Source: Eledone cirrhosa (lineage: Eukaryota). Taken from it: 64,000 bases of DNA. The stretch covers positions 31,620,001 to 31,684,000 of the forward strand of contig OZ024747.1 in assembly GCA_964016885.1 (NCBI GenBank), in the 5' to 3' direction. Position 1 is the stretch's first letter; each line of letters opens with the position of its first letter. The position numbers were made by a program, and so were the translations under genes. The notes below the pieces were generated by a model. That model had not been told where the DNA came from. It ran no database searches and worked only from the letters and a program-made list of their open reading frames with translations. Below are positions 10,840 through 27,147 of the stretch, one piece after another.

Positions 10840-11330
10840 GAAAAGAAAGTTTGAGGTGTCAAGCTTTAGCCCTTCTTCAAGAGTACAAAAAATTAGAGAC
10901 AGGATCACAAAGGATAGACACAGGAAACAAATGTAGTCAGTAGTAAAAAGTGTGTGAGTATAAGATTAAATTTTAATGTGTGTATTCTATGAATGTTGAA
11001 GTTTATATTGTGTATGTGTAAAGTACCTAACTATTATTTGTATGTAAGTGTGTATGTATGTTTTAACAAGTTTGTGACATAGGAAGAATGTTTAGTGTGT
11101 ATTTGGTGAGTATATAACAGAGAAGACTATAGGAAGATGGCTGGGGCATTACGGCTAGGGGATGAAAGGTTTGCAAAGAAAATATAAGTCGTTGTTCACT
11201 TCACCAGCATGAGACAGTGAATCCGGCACAATGTACGAGCCCATAGACACTAAGGTGGTGTGTGAAGTGACCAGTGCATTGAAAATGTTGGAAGATCGAA
11301 GTGTTGTTATTTCCATGCAAAAGTGTGATG
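10840..11330 (-). mobile_element. decayed Neptune-type PLE 3' end (GIY-YIG C-terminus plus degenerate hammerhead)
   Basis: Minus-strand translation IFQHFQCTGHFTHHLSVYGL...EQRLIFSLQTFHP. TTGAAGA AGGGC TAAA GCTT GACA CCTC at 10852-10880 resembles a decayed hammerhead. Confidence 0.6.
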
Positions 11331-12002
11331 GACAAAAATGTTTGTATTATCAAAGAAGTTAAAATAACGCATTGCTAAAATTTTAACAACATAACCTGTG
11401 TAATCATTTTGGTTTCTAATGATAAGATATTGAAGTAAATCTCATACATTTTAGATGCTTTTTCTAGGAATCAGAAAGAGAAATACCTTTAAATATGTAA
11501 TGTTATTTCATAGATCTACCCAAGATGCTTATGGTAATTATTGTATTAAAACACAGTTGTAACTGAAGGTTGTATATTAAATTAGAAACTATTAAATTTT
11601 AATGCAGTGAAAAATAAATTCATTGAATAAAATGAAAGGGTATATCTTCAAACTTTATAGAATATTGAAATATAAATATTTCATAATTTTGGTGAAGAAT
11701 TCCTAAAGAAAAAATGTAAATAAAATTGAAATGCTTTGAAAACAATTTTGAGTTTTATGGCATTTCTTTTGGTTATTGTTTCCATACTGCTGAGTCTGTA
11801 TAAAGTTAATCATACTCATTGACACACATTTCAATCCCTTCCCCCTCTCTCTCTCTTTTCTCTCTCACACATACTTTAGTCCATCCACTCATACATACAT
11901 ATACTTAGTATGATATGTGTTAATTAAACAACTGACACTATTGTACGAAGGATAGAGCACTTGATGAAGTATACATGTAGGTCTGAATACTCCAGAGTAT
12001 AA

Positions 12003-12178
12003 TTATAATAATTGTTTCGACTTTTGGCACAAGGCCAGCAATTATCCCAGTGCATTACTGGTACTTTATTTTATCGACCCCGTAAGGATGAAAGGCAAAG
12101 TTAACCTCAGCGGGATTTGAACTCAGATCATAAAGGGTCGTAACTCTATGCTGCAAAGCATGGCATCTGACCCTCTAT
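12003..12178 (-). mobile_element. tRNA-derived SINE family B (Meta/MESC-like central domain)
   Basis: Reverse complement of gagttcaaatcccgc.gaggttaactttgcctttcatccttacggggtcgataaaataaagtaccagt...ggccttgtgccaaaagt. Confidence 0.8.
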
Positions 12179-12347
12179 GAATAACAGGTTAGAATTTACC
12201 TGATTTATATATATATCACTAGGGCTTTGAGAAAGCAACACCAATAATCAGCCCATGACATCTAAATGAATGGAAACAGCATGGTATTTTTTTTTTTTTC
12301 TTCATGTCATCTTATTTTTATTCAAGTAACTTTCTGTTCATTTAATA

Positions 12348-12406
12348 GCTGTCTGATGAGGTTATAACTGTTACATAACAGATATCATTGAAATATGTAT
12401 AACAGT
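12348..12406 (+). ncRNA. minimal type I hammerhead ribozyme in a short repeat (12250-12440)
   Basis: gctgt CTGATGA [ctgtt/aacag hairpin] GAAA T atgt ATA acagt. 5-bp stem I. Decayed inverted copy at 18385-18560. Confidence 0.75.
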
Positions 12407-12485
12407 GATTGTGTAATGAAGGTAAATTCTAATCTGTCGATTTCTACATTATTATATACATAAAATATGACTGCAATTATTATCA

Positions 12486-14228
12486 ATATATGTAACAAAA
12501 AAAATGTTTTTCTCTGTTCCTGGCTTGTAATCACTTTTTTGTGTTGCTTAGGTCCCAAATAAATTTTTAAAAAAAGTGCTCTTAAACAGTTAAAAGTTTG
12601 GGTTTGTAAAAATTCTAAGCTATTCACTAGAATTATTTGTATGCTGGATTTTACGTTGTATGTAAGTTTAATTTGCTTATGTTAAATGATTTTTTTTATA
12701 TATGTTTCAGGTTAAATTAAAATTATAAAATAAAGAGTAATACCTAAAGAAAATTATAAAAGTGCAATAAAGTATAAAATTGTTAAAAAGTGGATTAAAG
12801 AGATTTACTGATACTGGATTTTCGCACCCTGAATAAAGGGTAAGTTGTGTTTTAAGCATTCGTCTCCAGGATGTAGCAGTGGAAGTTGGTCAAGGAGGAA
12901 GTGCAGGTGACAAGTCAGAGAAGTCGACACAAACCTTTCTCAGGCTTTTACACTCTTAGGGATGGCCTCTGCTTCTGCCATGACGTGCCTGGACTGTTTG
13001 ACGTTATTGGGGGTACAGTTTGTGCCCAAGGAGTGGTGGCTATTTAGAGACAGCTCCACCACAAGTTTGAAGGCTGTCCTCCTCCACAATGGAGACAAGT
13101 TCCCGACACTGCCCCGAGCTCATTCAGTCTGCCTGAAGGAATTTTACTACAGTGTGAAAGTCCTCTTGGAAGCTCTGCAATACAACCAGTGCAATTGGGA
13201 AATCATTGGAGACTTCAAGATGGTGGCTTTCCTGCTTGGACTCCAAGGAGGCTTTATCAAATTCCAATGCTTCCTCTGCCTTTGGGACAGCAGAGCCACT
13301 ACTAAAGAAAGAACTGGGAGCAGCGAACAGAATTTATAGTTGGGACCCGGAACGTCATGTGGGCGCCACTGGTTGATCCCGGGATTGTGCTCATGCAGCC
13401 ACTGTACGTTAAGTTGGGGTTGATGAAGCAGTTTGTGAAGGCTCTCAACCAAGAATCAGTCACTTTTAAGTACCTTCTTGAGTTCTTCCCCAAGTTATCT
13501 GACGCCAAAATCAAAGGTGGAATTTTTGTTGGACCTCAGATAAAGAAGGTGTTTGAGTCTACCGAGTTCTCCAATAAGCTCAATAGGATTGAGAGAGCAA
13601 CATGGAACTGTTTCAATGCAGTTGTTAAGGGCTTCCTGGGCAACTACAGAGCTGAAAACTACCAGCAACTGGTGCAGGATCTGATAAAGGCTTTTGGTGC
13701 CATGGGATGCAGGATGTTGCTTAAACTCCATATACTGGACGCTCACCTGGAAAAATTCAAGGACAATATCGGCGCCTACTCAGAAGAACTACTCAAAAGG
13801 CGAACGATTCCACCAAGATGTGAAAGAGATAGAGCGGAGGTACCAGGGCCACTACAATGAAAAAATGATGGGGGAATATATCTGGGGGCTAGTGTGGGAA
13901 TGCGACCAGGACTACAACCGCAAATCCAGGAAATCCAGTCATTTCTGACATGTATAAGTTGCTTTATAAGTGTTATTTTTTTTACTTGTTTGCTTTCGAT
14001 AAACTTGTGTAATAAAATAAATATATACTCTGTTAATTTAATTATATGAACTGAAAAATTTTTTTTAAATGTGTTTTTTCTTGAAAAATTTGAAAATTTT
14101 GAAATATCAAACTGCTGACCACAAACCCAAGCCTCTGATTAAATAATAGATTTTTGTTATAATAATGGAATATAACAAACCAGGAAATGATACTTAGAAC
14201 CGGGGAACAAAACATATGTTACACGGTG
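12486..14228 (+). mobile_element. Chapaev3 (CMC superfamily) DNA transposon, internally deleted, pseudogenised transposase 12962-13948
   Basis: SLKAVLLHNG, GDFKMVAFLLGLQGG..CFLCLWDSR, KLGLMKQFVKAL, GIFVGPQI, GERFHQD..ERRYQG. Right end gttacacggtg|tta. Subterminal inverted ttgggtttgt/acaaacccaa. Confidence 0.85.
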
Positions 14229-14800
14229 TTATCATTACTTTTACAAACACCCAGAAAGATATATTTGAAAGAAGAGAAGAGAATTTTAATTTGTAAGAAA
14301 CTTTTTTGGCAGAATCCCAATTTCCTGTGTTTAAAGTACATATATCAGAAAGATTGGGTGTTAAATGGTGATAATGCATTAAAATATTTTTGAAAAAGTC
14401 TAAAATATTAATGTTATATGTGATTGTGGAGAATGAGAGGATGTGTGACAAAAATGCAAATCTAGGAATTTTAGGAAAATGTTACTCAATATTTCCTCTT
14501 TAAGAGACTTTCCTCACTATAATTTTATATGAATTCATACATGTTTAAATCTCTGAAGAATCAATTGAAATGAACATAATGAGTTTTGGGAAATTCTTTT
14601 TTATTTTATTTTGTTTTAAGCCTGATAACTAGTATATGGATTTACTTCCATATACTGGAATGAAAAAAAAAAAATAACCATCTCCATCCTTAATTTCTAT
14701 TTCATTTGATGATACATATATAAGACTAATAAAAATGTTATAAATTCTGTTTGAAATCTTGGATTATTATTTATTATATATATATATATATATATATATA

Positions 14801-17400
14801 TCTGACTATCGCACACGCTTACGTAGTAATAGAGACAAAAGACATAACGCCAACAGATTACTAGGAACTCCTATGACACATACGCCTGAACAAAACGCAC
14901 CCACACTACTACCTAACCACAAAAACCTCACTAAACACTGCAGAGCCCGAAGTAGATCTGTCACTTGGTACAACGCCCCATATTCTATACACGTTGCCAC
15001 CAATATACCGGGAACCTTCTTCATGGCTCTTGAACAATCTTTTTCACACACACATTAATACCACAAGCTCTTCAATAGACACACTGTAAAATTCTCTTTC
15101 TCCACAGCACCAAATCTAGGCCACACAATAGCACACACTAATAGGACAAAAATACGAAAACACATGGTTGCCCCACAACAAACCACTACCACAACCCAGA
15201 ACGAAACCACATACACAACACAACAACCCACATACCAGCTCCACACAGCACGCCACCAACCGGCAACGTGCCACCACACCGGTAACACCCAACTGCAACT
15301 GCAAAAAGCGGGCTGAATGCCCACTAAACGAGGAGTGCCTCGTTAAAAACATTTTTTACCGGTCACAGCCGGCAATAAAGAGTACTCATATATAGGTGCG
15401 ACCTCCACTACATTTAAGGAGCGCTGGTATAACCATAGAAGCTCCTTTAAACATAGGCTGAAACGATCCCAAACCAGACTGGCCGACTTGATCTGGGACC
15501 TCAAGGACAAGAACATCGAATCCCAGGTCACATGGTCAGTCATAAGACGCGTGGCGCAACTCCCCAGTGACAGAAAACACTGCAGGTTATGCCTGGCCGA
15601 GGCGGCAGAAATAATTAAATTAAAATCTGCCATAAACTATAGGTCGGACATAATTGTCAATTGCAGACACACCAGGATGAACACATTTTCTGCCCAAACA
15701 TTGCGCTGAGGGCCGCACACTAACCCTGACTCAACATAATAATAACGACCTCTGCCCTGTCTCACCATCCCTCATCTCAGTGAATTTACACCCCTCATCC
15801 TTGCAACATTGTGTTCTATCTGTCCTCTCTGTCAGGTTTTACCTTGCAAACCATAGTAACATCCGATAACCTCACCCCATCGCCGCACACTTGTTATATG
15901 TCTACCATCCCACACCCGCAACCTTACTCCCCATGTCCCTTCTGTCTACCCTAACCTACAACGCCACCCAAAATTCGATCCTGTATGTTTGCACACACCA
16001 CCACCGCCACCACTAGATACATCCACATACTTCAACAATCACTAACATCATTAACATCATCAACACATATCATCCCAGAACGACTGTGTTACATCTGCCC
16101 TCTCTCTATGCTTTACTCTGTAACCCACCGTAACATCTGATCATGTAATCATATTGTTGAACATATCACCCCATCACCACCTCCACCACCATGACCACAC
16201 ACATCGCTATACGTCCACAAACTTCTTTCCCCCGTGTTCCCTATGTCACCTTTTAACCATCGTATTATTCGATCCTGTAAATTTTTGTCGCTCACAACTC
16301 CACCACCGCCACCACAAGTCACAAGTACATACCTCAACACATACCTTCCCTCTCGAACCAACGCAAGTGTGTGTGTCTGTGTGTAAGTATTTAATATATG
16401 TGTGCGTATATATATGCATATATATATATATGTATATGTGTGTGTGTATATATATATATGTATGTGTATATCTGTGTGTACGTGTATGTGTGTATATCTA
16501 TATGTGTATGTGTGCGTGTGTATGTGTGTATGTATGTGTATGTATGTGTATGTCTATATGTACAACACCATCTCCATTGACTCTCAACCTCCCTCTATCT
16601 TTGTACTACGCCACCCCTACCGATACCCCCCTCTCTATATATATCCACACGCATGCATGAGCATATATATGTGTGTGTATATGTGCATATAGATGTATGT
16701 ATGTGTGGATGTATGTGGGCGTGTGTATGTGTGTGTATATAGGTGTGTATGTATATATATCAGTACATATGCGCATGTATATATATATATATATATATAT
16801 ACAACGTATTTGTCAGACTAAGAGTGTCTAGATATGTACCTCCCCATGGACTTGACACCACCAACACACCCACCACACCACCACAAACGCCACTACCATA
16901 AACAACAACACCACAACCACACCCCACACAATAACCAGCCAAAAATATACGCCAACCTGTCTACCGACAATATGCTAGCCCCACACCACAGACCACCCCA
17001 GTCAGCGGCAGTCACCACCATCTTATGATCACATCCACCCCCATATACATTACAGACGAAAGTCAATCCGCCACCCCCACACCACAGCCAATCGCAGCCA
17101 GCGACTGTCACCAACATCTTATCATCACATCCACCCGCACATACACTACAGGCCAATACATCCCTATGATCTTTTCCACCAATCAAAACAACTCATATTG
17201 TACAACTTATGAACTTCTCACTTTATCACATAGCATGTATTCATTTTCTTATACCATTTTAAAGGGTCCGTCGAGCTGCCGATTATTGAGTCGGGTAAGA
17301 TCGATACAGATCGAACCTTGAGCTGATCAGTGGCGAAACGCGCGTCACTTACCAATAAATGTAATGAAGGAGTAACCAATCGTCCTTGTTATCCTTTCAA
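14801..17400 (+). mobile_element. 5'-truncated Naiad-type Penelope-like element (linker plus GIY-YIG, long 3' tail)
   Basis: WYNAPYS..TN..FF..L..YHKLFNRHTVK, CNCKKRAECPLNEECL, YIGATSTTFKERWYNH, IWDLKDK..VTWSVI..CRLCLAE. (TA)n flanks. Confidence 0.85.
17263..17351 (+). ncRNA. hammerhead-fold motif with non-canonical core CCGUCGA
   Basis: agggt CCGTCGA GCTGCCGATT...GATCAGTGGC GAAAC GCGC GTC actt. Second copy at 25855-25943 (-). Confidence 0.55.
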
Positions 17401-17622
17401 TATATATATATATATATATAGTATTAAGGATACTATTTATGGTTATGTATATACTAAAACCTTTTATAGTTATATATATTTTAAACCCTAAATAGTGAAA
17501 GACAGTAATCTATTACTGTCTTATTACCAGTAAGATAAATAGCTCAATGTAACAACATCAGTTGTTTTACAGAGCAGTTATATAGAGATTACATGAATCA
17601 AAGTTCTGTTTAAATGATTTAT

Positions 17623-17671
17623 TTGCTTACAATTGTTTCTTCCAAACCGAGGTTTGGAGTCTTCGGACCAA
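17623..17671 (-). ncRNA. minimal hammerhead motif, U4C core variant
   Basis: Minus strand ttggt CCGAAGA C TCCAAACC tc GGTTTGGA A GAAAC AATT GTA agcaa, then AATAAA. Confidence 0.6.
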
Positions 17672-19444
17672 TTATTCAGTGATTTTTTACATACTTGACC
17701 TCCTTTTCAACACAAGAGACATATAGAAACATATGTATATATTGACCCACAGTGGGTTGACATCCATTATAATAATATAGCATGGCAATTTACATACAAA
17801 GATTACAGTCATATTAAAGGACAAAATTAAAATTAAAATTAAAATTAAAATAAAACATTGGCAGTTTACGAAGATAAAGCAAGAGGAAAGTTTGGAGTAG
17901 CCAGTGTATGCAACAGTCACACGTGAGGCATGCACGCGTGTCCTATTTATACAAGATTCTAGTGCGGCAGATTGTTACATGTAAAACAAGCAGTCAAAGC
18001 AGGCAATCAAGAGCATCATGGGGGCTGTACTGGTAAAGCATTTTTCACACACACCTATACGATATAGAAGCCCGTGTGTAGAGAAACACCAAAAATATCA
18101 AAAATATTACAAATGAGAAGCAAAACAGCACCACTGTCCTCGTACACACCACCACTCTCACAATCCAGGAAACGCAATTTATAGACGACATGTCCATCAC
18201 ACAATCCACGATGATTCAACATTGGGTGCCTGGTGAACCATGTTAGAACATCACAGCTTGTCGTTCTCTAACTCGATTCTATAGAGCAGGTTGTTATTCT
18301 CTATATATCTAATATATATCTAATATATGTAATCTCTCTCTCTCTATATATATATATATATCAATAAACCAATGAAATAGAAGTTAGTAGGTTAGAAATT
18401 GCCTTATTTATTTGTTACACAATCGCTGTATTTCAAGACTAACTGTTATGTATCAGTTACAACCACATCAGACAGCTATTACATGTACAGAAAGTTACAC
18501 TAATAAAAGAACATTAACAAAATTAAAATTACACATGCTGTTTCCATTCAGTGATGTGAAATAAGTGGGTTATTAACGTTGTTCCCTCAAATACCTGCTG
18601 AGTAGTGTTGGTTGATTAACTAACACAAAATATATCAATGTAATGTAAGGTTCTTTTGTAAAATTATGTTGGAAGATTTTAATTTAAATTGGGACATTTA
18701 TATGGGTGACTTTATTTCATAGAATCAAAGCCGGTTTAGACTGGGATTTTAACAAAAGTTTTAAAGAACTTGGACTTAAAAATCACAGTAACTACTAATA
18801 ACAGAATAATGAGATATGTGGCACCAACCACCTTAAATCTTAGTACAAGTAAATCCAAATGATACAAATGACAAATTCAAAATCACATTTAAACTATTAA
18901 AAATTTTACCTAACTTCCCACTTTTTTTTAGGAATCTCATTAGTATTATTAGTCAAAGAATAACTAACATATCCTTAGTCAAAGGGTGGACGGGATGGTG
19001 TGGGGAGTGGCAAGTTACTTCAACCAAGTAGTGGAGAGCAGAAATGTCTATCATAGAAACTTTTATAAGGTCACTTGACTAACCAGAAATAGCAGTCAAA
19101 TTTCCACAAAATCCCACTCTACTATCTTCAAAATAAACTATGTGTGGATTAAAGATAGAATGGTCACTGCCGCAATAATTAATCTATCATGGATAGCTTT
19201 GCCTGAAAATTCATGCAAAGAATCAGCTATATAATAAAAAATAAAGATCTCTTTAGTGCATTAGAACTCATTATGGTTAAGGTGGTTGATCCACTCTTGG
19301 TCAGCTCGGTCGTTTTGCTTCTAATTTCTGATAAACCACTTTCCCAAATTTCAATCCTTATATCTGCTATGTTAATGTAACATAACACAACTAATGCCTC
19401 CGTGTGCTAGGATGATAAATCTAATGGTTTTATAACAATCATAT

Positions 19445-19628
19445 ATAATTGGTTCTACTTTTGGCAAAAGGCCAACAATTACCCAGTACATTACTGGTAC
19501 TTTATTTTATCGAGCCCGTAAGGATGAAAGGCAAAGTTAACCTCGGCGGGATTTGAACTCAGAATGGCAAGGGCCGTGACTCTATGCGTCAAAGCATGGC
19601 GTCCGATCCTCTACCGATACTGCCAAAA
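19445..19628 (-). mobile_element. SINE family B
   Basis: Matches 30830-31024 and 55637-55826. Confidence 0.85.
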
Positions 19629-20425
19629 CCATTATACAAGGCTATACATCTATCTAGCTATATATATGTGTATGTGTGTGTGTATACCATGTATATCTCA
19701 GTTTTTATAATATGTATATTTATTCCAGCATGTTATAAAAGACAGATAAATGGGCTGGCATCTGGAAAGACACTCGGCTGTAAAACATTGTCTCCAAACT
19801 CATGCCAGCCTAGAAAAGTGTGGCCATAAAAGCAAAGATGATGATATATATATATGAATATTTTTTTTATCATCTACCCCACTAAAATAACTGTATCATT
19901 TTAACACAGTTAAAGAAGAAATAACAAGCAGCAGCAAATACAAGAAATAGAAGTGTGGGGATGAAAATAGAAAACAAAAAATATTTACTTTGGCAGAAGA
20001 TGCCAGTATTTTTATCAATTTTAGTGACTGTTGGGACAAGAGTAAGTACAGAAATCAAGAGAGATGTGCAATGTAAAAGCTAAGCTATGAAGGTTTTGTG
20101 TGATTCTCTATGACTAAGTGCATTCTTAAACTTCTGATTGCATATTTTGGTGTGCGTGCATGAGCTGATTTTTCATCCAAATGTTTATTCCAAGTTTCTA
20201 CAAGAATAAAGGAAATTCAGATACCATATATGTTTACAGTTAATGTGTTGATGTTAGATTTTTTTATATCTTTGTTTCTTCTTTCTTATCTTCCAAGAAA
20301 TATGTCATATCTATAAGTGAATTTAGACAGCTGTCATCAGTGATAAACAGATTGTAGCTCATAAATAATCACATTGAACTTCGATTCTCTTATTTTTGTC
20401 AACATCGTACTAGAAATATTATGAT

Positions 20426-20503
<78 letters not shown>

Positions 20504-20507
20504 CATA

Positions 20508-20841
20508 TCTTAGTGGTTAGAACATTGGCCTTGCAATCGAAAGGTTGTGAGTTCAATTCTCAGACCGGGTGATGTGTTGTTTCCTTGAGCAAGACACTTT
20601 ATTTCACATTGCTCCAGTTTACTCAGCTGTAGAAATGAGCACGGCACCTACACGACCACTTTGCAGGGGTCCCTATCATTCCACTGCAAAGTGGTCGTGT
20701 AGGTGCCACGGCAAAAAGCACCCAGCACTCACTGTAAATGAGGTTGGTGTTAGGAAGGGCATCCAGCTGTAGAAATCAAGTTCCCGTCCCACCCTTGCAA
20801 GCAGGGAAAAAGTGGACGTAAAATTATGATGATGATAATGA
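20508..20841 (+). mobile_element. SINE family A (tRNA head, CORE-like domain, RTE-derived tail)
   Basis: cttagtggttaga...gagttcaattctc...ttgagcaagacacttt...ggttggtgttaggaagggcatcc...cccacccttgcaagcagggaaaa..ggacgtaaaa(tga)n. Confidence 0.85.
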
Positions 20842-20844
20842 TAT

Positions 20845-23925
<3,081 letters not shown>

Positions 23926-23928
23926 TTG

Positions 23929-25687
23929 GGGGGCTCAAATACATGCCAGATAGAGACAGCAACAACAAACCTAACGACAGCTACACTACCCACACCTATA
24001 GAAATAACAAATATAGGACTAAACAAGGAAATAGACAACGAGCTCCAGAAATAACTGAACCGAACACTAATATAAGGACCCATAGGAAATATAGAAAATC
24101 CAGAGATAGGAAATACTTATGGTTCAATCCAATATTCAACTCCTCTATAAAAGGCAAACTACCTTCTACATTCTTTAAGCTAATCGACAAACACTTCCTT
24201 AAACTACACAAATACCATAGAATCTTTAATAGAAGAACTATCAAACTATCTTACTCTACTGCAGCCAACATAGAATCACACATACATAAAATCAGCCACA
24301 AAAAAATCTCTAAAGAAAATAACCTACAAACAAACACCATAACACCAAATAGAAAACGCAAACACATAACAACATCACAACCACACACACACATCAGTGC
24401 GAATCACAACAAAACATTAATAGGCCCAAATCTCAACCCACCCATAACAACATACAAAACCGCAACGGAAAACCTGCACACAGAAAAGCCTCCAACTGTA
24501 ACTGCCACCTACCGGATAAGTGCCCACTACAAAATAGATGCCTGGATTCAAGTATGGTGTACCTGTGTACTATAAATTCAGTCAACTTTACTTGGCACTA
24601 CATACATTCCACGCCTGGGGAGTTAAAAAAAGAGATGGTACGTTCACAGACACTCGATGAAGAACCGTAGACTGGAGAACTCTACAACGCTGGCCAATAA
24701 AATCTGGCAGCTTAACAACACAAACCAGGAATATAAGATTAGCTGGTCGAAATTATTGGGAGCAAGGGCCTACAACAATGGAATCTCCCACTGTGGGCTT
24801 TGCATTATGGAGCTAATCCATATTTTAAAGTACGATAAGATGCTGCTTAACAGCAAAATAGAAATATCAATTTTCTGTAGGCACAAAGCAGCTACAAAGT
24901 TCACAAATTTCAAACCAATCTGATTCGACCCAGCAATCCCAAAATTCGAGCTGAACCATCCGGATTTTAATGTATGGAATACATACCACCACACTGTTAT
25001 TAGCTGTCAACTGACCGACTGGTCACTAGATCATATAACTCCTAACTGTTCTTTCACTCTCTCTTCCTGAAGCCACATTAACCCCATTAAGATAAGACAA
25101 TCAGCACGCTAAATATTTACCACACACATATGTCAAAATCTTCCTCCCCCGTCCTTAGCCCTATCCCTATGTCTCATCACTTAATTTTTAATTTATTGTA
25201 TTTTATCTTCTATCTGTCATTTGTTACTACGTCTTATTCTCTACTTCTAACCCTTTGACCACCACGTATGTATATATCTAATGTTGCTGTTCATGTTAGT
25301 ACTACTTCCAACCCTCACATCTTTATACATACACTTACTCACCACCATCACCATTATCAATTATCGTATTTTGTACTTATATATTTTTTTCTTTTTACTT
25401 ATTTTTTACTTTTTACATCTGTAACTTCTTTACCTCTTTATCATTATATTTTATTATTGATGTTATTGTTTTGATTCTACGCTGTATCTATATATACCAT
25501 TGCCATATATGAGTTCTCTCATATTCTGAGGATTTGATCCGAGGTAAATACTGTATTTAAGGTCGAGTGACACAACTTCGAGTGATTAGCGGCCTTTAGA
25601 CTCACCTGATCAATGAAACAATTGTTAATACATGTAATAAAGCTACTTGTTGTACAGCCGACCATGTTATTCTTCAATCTTTCACTA
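23929..25687 (+). mobile_element. inverted copy of the 3' 1.75 kb of the same Naiad PLE
   Basis: Reverse complement of 21219-22948. ORFs 23943-24575 and 24657-24923. Confidence 0.92.
25522..25630 (+). ncRNA. type I hammerhead, long branched stem II
   Basis: tatt CTGAGGA T TTGATC cg AGGT...ACCT GATCAA T GAAAC AATT GTT aata. Confidence 0.7.
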
Positions 25688-25704
25688 TATATATATATAT
25701 ATCC

Positions 25705-26850
25705 AGTGGGTGTAACTAGGAGTTACTGCAGGTTCACCCGGGTGAGCACTCGATGTTTAGGTTCACTTCTGTGATGATGTGTAGAGCTATACAGAGTGTA
25801 AAATATAGAAAGGATAAAAAGGACGATTGATTATTCCCTCATTGCATTTATTGATAGGTGACGCGCGTTTCGCCACTGATCAGCTCAAGGTTCGATCTAT
25901 ATCGATCCTACCCGACTCAATAATCGGCAGCTCGACGGACCCTCTTAAAATGCTATAAGAAAACGAAATACATGCTATGTGGTAAAGTCAGAGTTTCAAG
26001 AGTTTGACAAAATGAGTTGTTTTGATTGGTGGGAAGGATCAAGGCGATGTACAGGCCTGTAGTGTATATGGGGGTGGGGGTGATGGTGAGATGTTGGTGA
26101 CGGTCGGTGGATGAGGTGGGCTGTGGTGTGGTGGTGGTGGGTTGGCCTTGGCGTGTAGAGTATGTGGGGGTGGATGTGATGATATGGTGGTGGTTATGGT
26201 TATTTAGTGGATGGGCTGTGGTATGAGGTTAGTTGATTGTCAGTAGACGGGTTGGCGTGTGGGTGGGGGTGTGGTAGTGGTGCCGTTGTCTATGGTAGCG
26301 GCGTTTGTGGTGGTGTGGTGGATGTATTGGTGGCATCAAGGTCCTTACATAGATACATAGCTAGACGCTCTTCGTCTGACAGATACTTTCTATATACGTT
26401 ACGCACACACATATATGTATATATGTGCACATATATTGTTGTATAAACACACACAACACAAAACACATACGCACATCCCTGCCCACACATATCGACACAC
26501 GCTCATACACAGCCATATGTATATGTACACACATGTATGTGCATGCGCGCATGCGGATACGAATATGGAGAGTGGGGGAGTATCGGTGGGGGTGGTGAAC
26601 GACAGAGATGGGGGGAAGGTGAGAGGCAATGTAGAAGGTGTTTTACATATATACATACACATACATATACCCACACACACACACATGGGTATGGGCACAT
26701 GGACTCATACTCATGTATGCAAAATATACACATACACACTCACACACACGTATACCCACACACATATATATATATATATGCATACACATGTACAGACAAC
26801 ACACACATACATACACGCACATATACACATACAGGCACACATATATATAT
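25705..26850 (-). mobile_element. 3' tail of the PLE family at 14801-17400
   Basis: Homologous to about 16370-17400 (cgccacccc.accgata, caccacaccaccacaaacgcc, hammerhead-like motif). Confidence 0.8.
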
Positions 26851-26947
26851 ATATCGTTTCTGAATCTGTTTAGCAAGATTCTTTATCTGAAATCGTGTGT
26901 TGAAACCGATATTGTTATACTTTGGGAACATGACCCTCCCAAAGTAT

Positions 26948-27001
<54 letters not shown>

Positions 27002-27111
27002 ATATATATATATACATCAAGGGTGGTGCCCAGCATGGCCTCAACTAGATGGCTGAAACAAGTAAAAGAGGAAAAGAGTAATATATACATATATATGTGG
27101 CTGTGTGTGTG

Positions 27112-27145
<34 letters not shown>

Positions 27146-27147
<2 letters not shown>

